A DNA stretch of 64,000 bases from Laetmonice hystrix (lineage: Eukaryota): contig OZ249440.1 of assembly GCA_965235115.1 (NCBI GenBank), positions 32,242,001-32,306,000 of the forward strand. Reading direction: 5' to 3'. The position numbers and the translations under genes were made by a program. Below are positions 32,390-45,725 of this stretch, one piece after another. Numbering within the stretch: the first letter of the stretch is position 1; each line of letters begins with the position of its first letter. The notes beneath the pieces were generated by a model. It saw only the letters and a program-made list of their open reading frames with translations, had not been told where the DNA came from and made no database searches.

Positions 32390-34676
32390 GGTCTATAACC
32401 TGATGAGCCAGACAACCTGGAATCCTGCAAATTGGTTTTAGGCTTAGGTAATTTATCTAGCATGAAGAACTTAAGGTAAGCCAGCAATACCAACCCTTTG
32501 GAGGTACAGAATTAAGCCCTAAACCATCTTCAAGCGATCTGCACTTGGCAACTTCCACTTTTTCTGCTAGCCTCATTTTCAATTCGCTGTATTTCCACTA
32601 CTTCATTCTGAAAAAAATTACCCTTAAAACCTATTAAAGCCTATTTTTTGCCACGTTAAAAACCTTTAAAAACCTGTATTTTGACAGACTTGGACTCAGT
32701 CATGGAAAAGGATCATACGTACAGTCTGGAGATCCAGGATTTTGATAAGGGGGGGGGGGGGCTAGCAGGATTTTGATAAGGAGGGGCACCAGGATTTTGA
32801 TAAGATAGGGGGCTCACTGAATTTTTTTTTCGCCTGGCAATGTCAATGCTTGGCTTTTGATTTTCACTGTCTGTAGACTCTACATTATCAGATTATGGCT
32901 AAGTAATGCATCGTGATAAAAGAAGGGGAATAAGGGGGTCCCGGGCCCCCTAGCCCCCTGGATTCCCCACTGCAACAGTAGGCCTAGATAGGTTCATGTA
33001 GATGAGTTTAGGTTCAGTCACAGTAGATCTAATACTAATAGTAGGCCTAATAGTACCAGATCGAGAAGAGTCAAAACAAGTCTAGTACTACAGCATTGTT
33101 TCGATTAAAAGTTCCCTATTATCACTCGTCGCCGTCTTCTAATGATGAATGATTTAAACCATATAAAATGTCAATACACTCATAAAAAATGCTTTACTCG
33201 AAAAAAACCCACCTATTCCTCAATGAATTCCTCCTTCCTTCATGTTGTCCTTGCTCTGCCCTGTCTGAGTTCATTCAGCAATGTACGCACTGTCAACATC
33301 GTGCGATCTGCCATCGCTGACTGTCACTGGCTACACACTGATCATCGTAACGCGCGTTACGCTGATCCAAGATGGACGATCCCGATGCTCGCTTCGCGTG
33401 TTTTTGTTCAAGTTACAAGGACTACGGTGCATCAACAACATAAAACAACATCTGAATATCATGATAACAATGTGTGCCTGCCGTTTGTCTCAGTTGGGGT
33501 CCTAGACGGGCGTAGATTAAGAGAACTAAGAGAACTCAGGTCTATAACCTGATGAGCCAGACAACCTGGAATCCTGCAAATTGGTTTTAGGCTTAGGTAA
33601 TTTATCTAGCATGAAGAACTTAAGGTAAGCCAGCAATACCAACCCTTTGGAGGTACAGAATTAAGCCCTAAACCATCTTCAAGCGATCTGCACTTGGCAA
33701 CTTCCACTTTTTCTGCTAGCCTCATTTTCAATTCGCTGTATTTCCACTACTTCATTCTGAAAAAAATTACCCTTAAAACCTATTAAAGCCTATTTTTTGC
33801 CACGTTAAAAACCTTTAAAAACCTGTATTTTGACAGACTTGGACTCAGTCATGGAAAAGGATCATACGTACAGTCTGGAGATCCAGGATTTTGATAAGGG
33901 GGGGGGGGGGCTAGCAGGATTTTGATAAGGAGGGGCACCAGGATTTTGATAAGATAGGGGGCTCACTGAATTTTTTTTTTCGCCTGGCAATGTCAATGCT
34001 TGGCTTTTGATTTTCACTGTCTGTAGACTCTACATTATCAGATTATGTCTAAGTAATGCATCGTGATAAAAGAAGGGGAATAATGGGGTCCCGGGCCCCC
34101 TAGCCCCCTGGATTCCCCACTGCAACAGTAGGCCTAGATAGGTTCATGTAGATGAGTTTAGGTTCAGTCACAGTAGATCTAATACTAATAGTAGGCCTAA
34201 TAGTACCAGATCGAGAAGAGTCAAAACAAGTCTAGTGCTACAGCATTGTTTCGATTAAAAGTTCCCTATTATCACTCGTCGCCGTCTTCTAATGATGAAT
34301 GATTTAAACCATATAAAATGTCAATACACTCATAAAAAATGCTTTACTCGAAAAAAACCCACCTATTCCTCAATGAATTCCTCCTTCCTTCATGTTGTCC
34401 TTGCTCTGCCCTGTCTGAGTTCATTCAGCAATGTACGCACTGTCAACATCGTGCGATCTGCCATCGCTGACTGTCACTGGCTACACACTGATCATCGTAA
34501 CGCGCGTTACGCTGATCCAAGATGGACGATCCCGATGCTCGCTTCGCGTGTTTTTGTTCAAGTTACAAGGACTACGGTGCATCAACAACATAAAACAACA
34601 TCTGAATATCATGATAACAATGTGTGCCTGCCGTTTGTCTCAGTTTGGGGTCCAAGACCGGCGTAGATTAAGAGAA
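32390..34676. repeat. Near-identical ~1.15-kb tandem duplication (32390..33526 and 33539..34676)
   Basis: ggtctataacctgatgagccagac restarts at 33539; the same ORF appears at 33142 and 34292. Confidence 0.95.
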
Positions 34677-37600
34677 AATGGACGCAGAAGATTTGGCGAT
34701 GATACCCGTAACGCGCAGCGCTGATCCCCGTAACGCAAGTTTAATTTGGTGACAGGATAGGCGTAACGCGGCACCTAAACTTTTCACTGAGCCTAAAGGT
34801 TTTTACGTAGACGAGTAGACGACTTTCAAGATCGGCTCGTGATCTGATAATGAATCTCAACTTTGTAATGAGCATTATCTACTTCAGTATGAAGGTAAAA
34901 CCATGAGGTACACGTATATAATAGGGCCCGGATTAACAGTGTGTGTGATACTATACTAATACTATACTATAGTATAGGTGTTACCATACAGAGTGTGTGT
35001 GGACCCCAGGGCGGGGTCACGAATCTAAGACATGCCTGGCAAGCACCATGAGAGATCGAGATGCTTTGTCCTTCCCCAGTACCCCGGGGTAGAGCACCCT
35101 GACTCCTCCGTCTGACAGGGAGTACGCTAGTGAATTTTGGGTATTAGCCACAGTGGCTAACAACTGAGGAAAAGAACTAGCCAAAGGGACAAAGTTTTAG
35201 CCACAGTTGTTTTAATGTTTTTTATTTAGGTAACCAGAGTTCATTATACATGTATTATACAGTCTTAATTTCTCTGTATAATATAAAGTACATGTACTTT
35301 CATTTGCCAGCTGTGTGTAGGCCTAGTGAACGTTTTTGGGGGAATAAGCTGTCCTATATCTCGAGGATAACTCTACACAAGTGGCCCTCTTGAGCAGCAA
35401 GAATATTGGGATCCAGTGCAGGACACCTACACCTCAGAGGAGGCCTGGCCCAAATTGACGGGTACCTCGGCTATAATACCCTCTCATCACAGCGATCCCC
35501 CCCTGACAGCCCACACCCCTCACACCCCCGACCCCCGTACTGAGCGGCCGAGCTGCCTCCCCACCTTCATGCCATGTGACCTCAGCCATGCTATGTGTCG
35601 CCTGTCCTCTCCTGGTACACTCAGCCTGCCAGGTAATCGGAATAGATTAAACTAGGCCTATATTACTCCTACAGGCTGACTGGCATCTGTCATAAACTGA
35701 CCCCAGGGGAGACGGGCCAGTACTGAGGGCCGGCCTGACCTGGGGTAGTCCGTGGTAGACTAGGGCCAGTAGGGGGAACAGACGCATACGGGTGGCTGGC
35801 CTGGCCTGGCGGAGAGACCGGGTCGGGTGGGTCGGTCACCCTGGTCTCTGACCACCCACATGTCACACCGACACACGTGCTCCAACCACAGTTAGTGGTG
35901 GATCAGGCGTGCATGGGGGGGGGGGGGGGGGGGGGAGGACCTGGGCTATAAAGTGGAGACAGCTGGAATTTGCAGGCGTGGCGAATTTGGTGGTTTATTT
36001 TGGCAGTGGAACTCGCCACAGGCTGGAAGTATTCGCGTTTGCGAGCGTGGCTACCGCTAACGTACTCCGTTCTACATGAAGTTAAACTGTAAAAACTCTG
36101 CCACAACCTGCACAAGATTTCAAATAACACAAACAATTAAATTCCCTTCAAACGAAAACTGGTGAGAATGGTTTTTCTACTTGAAAGACGAAGAATAAAG
36201 GCAGTACAGCTTACGAGTGAATGGCAGACTAACCAGCAATGAGTTGCGTTACGGGTATCAATAATTCGCGTTACGGGTATCATTTGTCAACATGCTATGG
36301 TTGGCCGTTGGGGTCATACCGCCAAAGCTTTAACGCGTAAGTATAATAGTAACGCGTAAGGAATAAGCTTTTACGCGTAAACGGATCAACCAATTAGAAC
36401 GATGGATTTTTCACGCGTAAATGGAACCATTGTTTACGCGTAAACACCCCTTAACGCGTTAACAGTCATAGTAACGCGTAAAAATGGAACCATTGTTTAC
36501 GCGTTTAACAGTCATAGTAACGCGTAAAACGAATCAACAAATCAGCACGATGCATTTTTCCATAGACGTTAAGGGAAGGGACCGCTAACTCTGACGTCAC
36601 TGCCATCCGCCTCATGTTAGGATGTTGGTAGCCTCGATCCCATGACCCTTTGCGCGCAGAGCTTGCACATAGGGCCACGCAGTGGCCACCATTATAGATG
36701 GGGCTGGCCGAGTGTTGCCATGCAGATCGGCGGGGGGCGCGTGATGGGCCGACCTCTGACCATGGCAACTAGGCCAAGTTTTTTCCACTTTTGAGGGTAG
36801 AAGCTCAGAAGATCCTATATATTTACATCTATTAACGCGTTATTATATTTAGAAATAATGACTTTAGATTTTAGGCCTAGTTTAGTCGTTAGGCTAGAGG
36901 ACGCGCATGCGCAAACCACCAGTCGCGCTTGCTGCCACCTAGCGACTAAAGAGAGTACTACTTGCTGTCTGTCAGCCCCTTGTGATAACGGGGCGGCATT
37001 CGGCACACCTCGGGACTGTCTGGGCCAGATCCTCTCGGCCCTCGCACAGTCGTCACCATGTTGGATCAGTTTCTGGCTTGTTTAAAAACAGTTTCCGCTT
37101 GATGCCTCCGACAAGTGGATTAGACGTCAGAGAAAATATATTTAGGTCTCTATAGATACTTTCTTAGATGTTGACATTCCTATTGGCATTGTTTATCGTC
37201 AGACGGAGGTCAACGTTTGTCCCACGGACGAGCTGTCTCACTTGGGATTCCCTCGGGATTCCTTTGGGCGTATGACGTCATTTCTTATGTTGATACAAGG
37301 TAGTAAAGTCGTATGATTTCATAAATACTGCAAAACTGAATGTGTCGCGGCTGCTAAGAATGATCGAGACTGCAAATCTTCGGAAATTATCCATCTTTCC
37401 TGATGAACAATCCCGCGTGAGGCCGAACACCGACATTCTATGAACTACTTTGCGCCGTTGCGCACTACGCGAGTTGTGATGTACCCAAACCCGTGGAATC
37501 ACTGTCATATCTCTACGGCTTGCGACGTCCGAGTCCACAACTAGCGAAGCGACCGGAAGTTGGGCCGAGGTTTTCCGAATGAACGGGGCGGGTGTTCGGC

Positions 37601-37723
37601 CTAGGATGTTGGTGGCACCGCAGCGCCACCACCGGTCGGCAAGGTGTTTTTCTTGACCCCATTATCGCCCACTGATTGACTACTGTGGTCAGTGCAGTGC
37701 CAGTGGTCACCTGTGTAGTCGTG

Positions 37724-37895
37724 ATGGGTGGTGAAATCTGCTTTGTAGTGGGTTGTCACAACCACAGTGCAAAAACCAAAGACCTAAAGATTTGTTACGT
37801 GGGGTTCCCAAAGAATGACAAGGACGTAGAGACGGATGAATGGCGTCGCCGTTCGATTGTTGCTGTGGGCAGAGCCGACCCGAGTTTCAACCCAC
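37724..37895 (+). pseudogene. Truncated THAP zinc-finger N-terminus
   Basis: MGGEICFVVGCHNHS...GFPKND...WRRR..AVGRADPSFNP; the CxxHF half is missing. Confidence 0.6.
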
Positions 37896-40800
37896 TTTTT
37901 TACCCAGACCTCGCCCTTGTCCTTGCCTTGGCAATCACGTTTGAATACAATATATGGCAATGCCGCTTGATTTTTTGAACAGTGACCATAAATTGCATAA
38001 TTCAGCTCAGGTACGTGAGTACGAATTTCGGTAACAGATCAAACCGCACCCAGGGCCAGGCGCCTCGCACCTTTGACTTGAGCTGGTCAGCTCGTACCTC
38101 ACCGCCAGCCGACTGGTGTACCCAGGGTCGGATTCAGAGGGGATTGTGGGAGTTGCAACCCCCCTTATAAACCCCCTAAAAAGAAAAAAAAGTTGTCAAA
38201 TTCTTTTTCTCAAAGAACCACAGTATGAATCTAAAACCGCTTAATGAAATAAAATAATAATAATTTTAAAAGAAACCAACACTTGGCAACAGCAAATAAC
38301 TGGCAATGATATAACTCATGAGTTTCTCAGACTAGATGACTGCAACCCCCCCCCCCCCCTTTGAAAAAAAATCCTGGATCCGGCCCTGGTACCCTTTTGA
38401 CTAGGCCTACCCCGCCGGACCCTTTAACTTTCTCAACGGACGCTTTGAATATCCCGCCTGGCTGGACACTTTGACCCGGACACGTTAGCAGTCGGACACT
38501 TTGACCAACCCTGCCATTTCATAGGTCCCAAGTTCTAAGATTTATAATGCGGGTCATGCCAACGCATAAGGTACAAAGTCTCGAGCGGGGGGTCTGGGGG
38601 CCCTCCCCCGGAAAAGGAAGTTTTCCTGGCATCTGGGAACAAAATTCAAGGTCTTAGTTAGACCTGGTAGATGGACAGGTAAAAAAAAAGATGCTGCGCA
38701 ACATCTCATTGAAGAAATACAGGACATAGAGAACATTATAGTATAAAAGAGGACAATAGTGAACAGAGGATTGATTTACAAAATAGAGGACTTAGAGGAC
38801 ATCTGGAAGGCCTGTAATATGTAAAGAAGGGGGCATGAACATTGTATCCCTTGCAGTTGCTCTGTGTGCAAATTTATTGCAATAGAAACAAACTACAGTA
38901 CATGTAGATCTAGGACCTATGATTTCAAGCAATGCAAACAGGACCACTTAAATGGGTTTCTAGTTCATTTATTTTGCACCGAGGATAAACCACTGACACA
39001 AACAGGGTTTATACACTTGTTCCTCCTCAATCTTAAGAGAGAATTATCCAGGTTTCAAAAGTTATTTGCCACATGCACTCATTTTATCATAAGGGTAAAA
39101 TCTGCTGTCCAAATTGAGGTTATGTGTTGCATTAAGAGTTTACAAAACATTTTATTTTATAGTTGAATGTTCCTAGTAAACTCAGAATAAAATTACAGAG
39201 AATTCAGAATAGAGCACTGAGGATGTGTCTTCATAGTCAACCTGGAGAGCCTATTCAAAGTATACACAAGCTAGCTGGTGTTCCACTTCTACATAATCAA
39301 CGACTGTTCATCTGAGGCGTATCATTGCCTTTAGAAGGAAAGTAACAAAAATATACTTCAAAGATTCGATTACAAGAAAATACGATGTACCAGTTTTGAG
39401 ATCTGTAATACCTAGATATAAGATTGTTCAAAATTGTGTGTTACGATTTCAATCTGTGGTTTTAGCATCAACTACAGCAGATAATATAATCGACTGACAT
39501 CAATCTATTTTTCATCCTGTCTTTTATAGTTTTTCAAGCACTTTTCCAAACCTATTTCCTAGTAGCATATTATTTTCAAAGGCATTTACGCAGCGCTTTC
39601 CGTTTTCGTGAGGTTTTGTTTGTCAAAAAATACAATTCCATCGTTTGCCGGCATTTGGCATGGGATCGAACCTTAAAGAAAAGTTTAAGAAAACACAACA
39701 AAACAGACTCTTGGGGACCTTTCTCATTGTCATTGGATCAACCACAGTACAACTCAAAAACTTAGACACGGTATCTTCCTGATGGCAAACAGCAGAAATA
39801 AAAGACTCCAGAGTATTTGTAGCTAACTTGAATGTTTGACGAAAAACTAACTCACACAAGCAAAAAAATTCAACATTCATTTGGCAAACAAAGTGCTCCA
39901 CGACTCTTGATTTCAACGAGCTTGTTAAATGAACCTGTTGAATTTAAGTCAACAAGAGTTAACAATAGACAGACATGACTCGTCCTTAACAAATATCTTC
40001 TTACATCGAAATAAAATAAAACCAGCAACATAAGCGACAATTTCTTTTTCCTCCTCCATCACCTCTGCTGAAGAGGGCGATACGGGTGATGGTTTCTTGG
40101 TGGTGGATGAGCTGCTGGCGATCACTGATTCCATGACATGAAGCACAACGAACGATGATAATGAAGGTTTGGTCAACAGATGAGATGATGTCTTCTTTGG
40201 ATGAGTTGAAGCGTTGCCATGACTTGTATTTGAATGATGACACGAGGACGGCAGATGACAAACAATCGACCAGTGGTTGTAGTCCTTGTGTCACTTGGAA
40301 TCTATCAACAACTGAAATTAGAAATAACATACATCAGGCCCAAGTTTGTGCCTGTTTTCTCGTTTTTGGTTTTTTTTTTTTTTTTGCAATTTAGAATAGG
40401 AAAATGAAAAATAGACCGTAACAAAAAATTCGGGCAAGAGAATTTTTTAGGGTCAAGCTGGGATACTAAACAACTTTTTATTTTGTTACATGCCCTCACT
40501 GCCTCAGCCAATTTTGTGGATCATTTTTTTCTTTATAATGTACATGTATATATAAAATACCTACCCAAGAGATGTTGATGAACGTCTGATGATAACAGCA
40601 GAATCGGGTCCTCAGTGAGTTTGGAGAGAACTGCCTCGACTATGTTTGGTAGCACCTATGTGGGGCTGAATACTGCTGGCGCTGGGGTGCCTATCTGGGG
40701 CTGAATACTGCTGGCGCTGGGGTGAAGGGTACAGTTTCGGGACCGAGGTCCACTGCCTCCTCCAAGAACTGAAACCACAAATCTCTGATATAGTTCTTAA

Positions 40801-41300
40801 CAGCTGTACCTACGGCTACAACTCTAGTCCTAGATGTCGATTATAATATAAACTATCTAGACAAAAAAAATCTAGGCTATTTAGCTTGACTTGTTGGATT
40901 TCCATTAACAAAAAATGCCAACTAGATCTATTTATTAAAAGTCGGCCTAGGACTAGAAAAAAAACATTCATCTGTCAGCCTTCCAGCGAGACGGGGCTGA
41001 TGATATTGCCCCCCCCCCCCCCCACTATTTTTTGCCTTCCTACACCACTGCTATAATATATAAATAGGCCCTATGCTATGGCTATGGCTTGGCTATGCTA
41101 TAGTATGATCTATCTCAGCCATTAAGGATAGGAAAGTCAGGCCCTGGGGAAGAAGTAGGCAGATGATAGCCTAGGCCTAGCCTAGTATTAGTAAGTATAC
41201 TTCCATATATATTTATAGTCGAGTCGGACAAAAACTTTGCCAAAACTTAGCTAGCCCAGGTTAGGATAGGTGGGCCCGCTCCAGACTTCACTATGTCTAT

Positions 41301-41391
41301 GCCAAGCCATAGACGTAGAGTAGATCTACTCTTGGTCTATGGCCTAGCCGAGGCTTGACCATAGACGTCTACTCTACGTCTATGGCTTGAC
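41301..41391. mobile_element. Two probable P-element excision footprints (34 bp and 25 bp) with 7-bp TSDs
   Basis: gccaagc|CATAG..34 bp..CTATG|gcctagc and gcttgac|CATAG..25 bp..CTATG|gcttgac. Confidence 0.65.
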
Positions 41392-43249
41392 TGAGTGTCG
41401 TCCAGCGAGGCATGAATCCATGACCATGTCCATGATCACTGTGACACTGAGTCTGACTCTGAGTCTGAGGCAATGCCTAGGGCTAGGCCATCAGTCGGCA
41501 AAAGGGCCAATCCCCGATTCAAGTCGCCGACTACATTAATTGGGACCATAATGTCATGGTGATTGAATCAGTCAGCAGATCGGTACCGCTTTGGGGGCGA
41601 TTGCCGACTTATGAGTCATACATCTAACATTACTAATCATTAGAGTGGTCTGTAGAGCGGGCTTGACGTTACGGCTACGATAAGTTGCACCATTTATCGC
41701 TCACTCCGTTTTACGCTATCACTAGCTCTCTTGCGGCAATAAACCATGTAGTAAATACAGTAGATCTAGATCTATAAGTTTGAGAAGTTTCTACATTAGT
41801 GGAGTATATCCATATATTACTTACCGAAAGCGTTTCATCCATTTGAGAATTTTGATGAAGAGATGAAAAACCTGTGTCTGTGCTTGTGTCACGGGCCACA
41901 GTGCGTAAACCTTGCCGACCTTGCCTTGGTGGCGCTGCGAAAAACGGGACATATTTTCGCGCCAAAACGAGTTAGCGGTCCCTTCCCTTTCTTTACGCGT
42001 AAACGTTTCCACTTAGGCTATTTGATTGGTTGCTGTAGTCACGCGTGAAAGGTGATACTTTTACGCGTTATTATTTACGTTACACGTTAATGTTGCTTAT
42101 TCTTTACGCGTTACTATGACTGTCAACGCGTTAAGGGGTGTTTACGCGTGAAAAAATCCATCTTTCTAATTGGTTAATCCGTTTACGCGTAAAAGCTTAT
42201 TCTTTACGCGTTACTATTATATTTACGCGTTAAAGCTTAGGCGGTATGAGCCCAACGGCTAACCATAACGTGCTTGTCCGCGTTACGGGTATCACAGCGA
42301 AAATTTTCGGAGCGATTTTTGAGATTTCTAGGCAATCTCAGGCGCCGAGGTTCACCAAACATGATGCCGCCATTACAATAAACAATTCTGACGTCTTACA
42401 GATGAATCAGAGACACGGAACTGTTGGAAATACGCCTAGTTTTAGTTGAAGCGAGACCTGCCTTCCTCCATCTTGGATCAGCGTAACGCGCGTTACGATG
42501 ATCAGTGTGTAGCCAGTGACTGTGGCCACCTTGTGTGGAGGGGCGACTACTACCCGCGCGCCTCTAGCGGCTAATACGGGAACTAACAGGCGGCGCGCCC
42601 TATTATAATGTATGCATGAATTTGAACAAAAGAACAACTTATGGTAGGCATTTTGAGGTTCCACTTACTTCTAGGAGTCCATCCCAGCATCAATGCCCGC
42701 CACTTCATGCGAACCCCCCCAAAGCTGCAGGTAGAATTCCTCGGCTGGCGTCAGGGTTGGGGCAGTGCATGGTCCACCGCCTGTGGCACCCAGGGATTTT
42801 TGTCTCTGTGTATGTTTTTTTTTGACTGTGAAAAGTAAATGCCATATGGGGATGAATTGAAACAATGAATTACAATAAATTTGGTAATACCTGCCATATG
42901 CCTCTTTCCTATGTACCCCGGTACTAGATGTTAAAATAGTTGCTTTTAAGGTCTGAAAATTGTTTATTAGACTTTCACATATTCCTTGATCTAATCAGAA
43001 AATGTACTAGAGGCATAACTGGAAAGTGTTACTTCTACCTGTTGTCTGGTAGTATTATCTCAGGAAAGAAAATATTCTACCAAGATGTACATTAAAAGGA
43101 AAAGAACCTACCACTCTGCTTGATGTTACTGAGTTTCTTTGATAGCTGTTGCTGGTCACGACAACAACCCCTGTGAATATAAATATTTATGAGGATTTGC
43201 GGATGTATAAAGAGCAAAAATGTTGATTTTTTTAATAACAGACGATTAG

Positions 43250-44495
43250 AAACCATGCTGATGAGATGATTGGTCATAATTGGGTTCACATAGATGCATA
43301 ACATAAATTCCATAACTTAAGTGAAAACTTGGAACTTTCTGTAGTGAATTATTTCCTAGCCTGTGGACGGAATAGTGACTTAAATACAAAGCAACATTAT
43401 CTCCTTAACGACTAAGTCTAATGTTATCTTATTCAAATGATGAGTTTGGGTAGGTGAAGCACTGGAACTAGTAGTATCAGGCCTTTTCTAGTGGAAATGA
43501 GTAGGCCTAAGGCTAGATTACTGAAGCAAAAATTGGTGGCGAGTTATACATACCAGCAGTACAGTGTCCCCGGGCTGTCACTCAACTTAGAACTAACAAC
43601 CTAAAGGCTGCCGCACATGACGAACATATTCGCGAACATTTGTTCACGAACAAAAATCCGCTCAGACAATTATTGTTCGCGAACAATGGTTCGTCGGTAT
43701 TCGACATGCAGATGTTTAACAGAAATTCGTGGTTTACCGCAGACGACGAACATTTGTTCGGAAATATTAAACATGTTGAATACCGACGAACAATTGTTTG
43801 TTCAGCGTTTTGATCACCGCACACGAGCAGATTTTTGTTCGGGAACAAATGTTCGCGCACAAATGTTTGTCGTGTGCGGCGGCCTTTAGAGACTTTGATT
43901 GTTCAACAATTTCTTTAAATTAACGTAGGACCTTCCTCAGGTAGCCATTTCGATTGCCATCAGCAGGTGTTCACGATGTCAGATATTGAAACGGTGGAAT
44001 CTTAGCGTTCTGCCATTGAACTACACACAGTTAAGACACAGCCGTGCAGGTGGATTTGAACCACCATCTCTAGTCCCGCCGCAACATTCACATGAAACCA
44101 TGCTGATGAGATGATTGGTGATAAATGGGTTCACATAGATGCATATAAAATATAAATTCCGTAACTTAAGTGAAAACTTGGAACTTTCTGTAGTGAATTA
44201 TTTCCTAGCCTGTGGACGGAATAGTGACTTAAATACAAAGCAACATTATCTCTACGTCTAATGTTATCTTATAATTCAAATGATGAGTTTGCGTATACAA
44301 AGCACTGGAACTAGTAGTACTAGGTCTTTTCTAGTGGAAATGAGCAGGCCTAAGGCTAGATTACTGAAGCAAAAAGTTGTGGCGAGTTGGACAAAGAGTA
44401 CTTACTAACATCTTTGAAATTGTACATACATACCAGTACAGTGTCCCACAGACTGTGACTGTGTCACCCAACTTAAAACTGAGAACCTATAGACT
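43250..44495. repeat. Diverged direct repeat (~350-400 bp; copies start near 43250 and 44096)
   Basis: aaaccatgctgatgagatgattgg...gaactttctgtagtgaattatttcctagcc...cagtgtccc occurs twice. Confidence 0.85.
43604..43886. mobile_element. Palindromic MITE (283 bp) with TA duplication
   Basis: TA|aaggctgccgcaca...tgtgcggcggcctt|TA; the paralogous repeat near 44485 shows the empty site aacctatagac. Confidence 0.8.
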
Positions 44496-45725
44496 TATTG
44501 AGCACTGCTACTAGTATACAACACCTGTGCACCTCAATATAATTTCCTAGTTATCCCCCAAATAAGTTAAACTAATCAGGAGCCAGTACACGCCTATAAT
44601 TATTATAGTGTAGATATAAACTAAATACCGTACATAATAGTATGCATTGCATACATATAGGCCTATTTGTTCATTGCACCCTTGGAAAAACGTCTATTCT
44701 TTCTATAATTCTTTGGCATAGAATGACATTTTCTCCTAGCCTATATTTGTAAGGTTATCATACTGCCGATGTGGTTCCAGCCTAAAGTGTGGAATGCCTG
44801 TGCTACCACACTGCTGCTGCAAACAAGACAAACGTTCAAAATCAAATATCTGTCATCTGATAGCAAGGATGGTGGAATCAGTCCAATACCCTTGCTGAGA
44901 GTCTGAAATAAGTTATCACTAGATTTATTTGATAAATTATATAAGTGAGCATATCGTCAATATTTACAAGACAGCGGTTATTATGTTATGTTATATAAAT
45001 TCTGTAGCCACATCCGAATTTCTTTAGCCACATCTCCCAACCAAAATATTAATATATTAATAAAGACAAGGCAACTGATAGAGTCTACGTGAAATAAACA
45101 CTTTTTCATACAACATGGAACATTTTATGTGTAGGCCTGAACTGGCCTGACGTGTGCTGAGATAGGCCCATCCCGCACTCGGAGCGATGCCATGCATGTA
45201 TATTCTCACTAGCCGCAGGCCTACCTGAGGCGATGCCAGCTGACCGCCCGCCAACCCTCAGTCGCCGGCCTACTTGAGATGAAGGGTGTTTGTGCCTATA
45301 CCTGAGAGAGGGTGCCCAGCCTCCTATATTTTTTCTTACATACCATCCTATTATGATTAATGGGACGTATAATTGGGAAATAAAAACTGAGACATGGCAG
45401 CTCACTGGCAGATCCAGGATTTCACTAAAGGGGGGGGGGGGGGTGCACAGAAAAGCAATTCATGATTGTTTGCATTACTAAGTAAAGCTCACGCTCTTGA
45501 ATGAGAGTTTCAGAGGTATAGGCCTACATAATAGCTCAGGGTTTCCCTGAGACACACATCAGTGTTAATTAAAACTAGAAATTGTTCAGTCCGAACAGGA
45601 CGTCTCCCCTTTTTTAAAGTAATGACATCATATAATTTTTGAGAGAGGACTAATTAGTATGAAAGTAGTGTGTTGCAAAAGCAATGATATAGCTATGGCA
45701 GATTTTCTATGCGAAAGAAAAGATT

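Larger units (their letters stand above)
36296..42267. mobile_element. Nested ~6-kb element with long ACGCGT-rich TIRs
   Basis: tatggttggccgttggggtcataccgcc... (36296 on) is inverted at ...cggctaaccata (42267) over more than 120 bp; flanks aacatgct/aacgtgct form an imperfect 6-8-bp TSD. Confidence 0.75.
34475..42518. mobile_element. Non-autonomous TIR element with CAC termini, 52-bp perfect TIRs and 5-bp TSD ACTGT (Transib-like signature); extra left end at 33325
   Basis: actgt|cactggctacacactgatcatcgtaacgcgcgttacgctgatccaagatgga ... reverse complement ending gccagtg|actgt at 42519-42523. Confidence 0.8.

Noticed and set aside
33142..33552. Duplicated 136-aa ORF
   Set aside because: It runs across a transposon TIR junction and is repeated only because of the tandem duplication.
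35116..36070. Possible hAT-like MITE (cagggagtacgctag / ctaacgtactccg)
   Set aside because: TIR match is short and imperfect, and no TSD could be found.
39623..40511. Degenerate minus-strand coding relic (IVAYVAGFIL)
   Set aside because: Resembles transposase C-termini but is too fragmented to assign.
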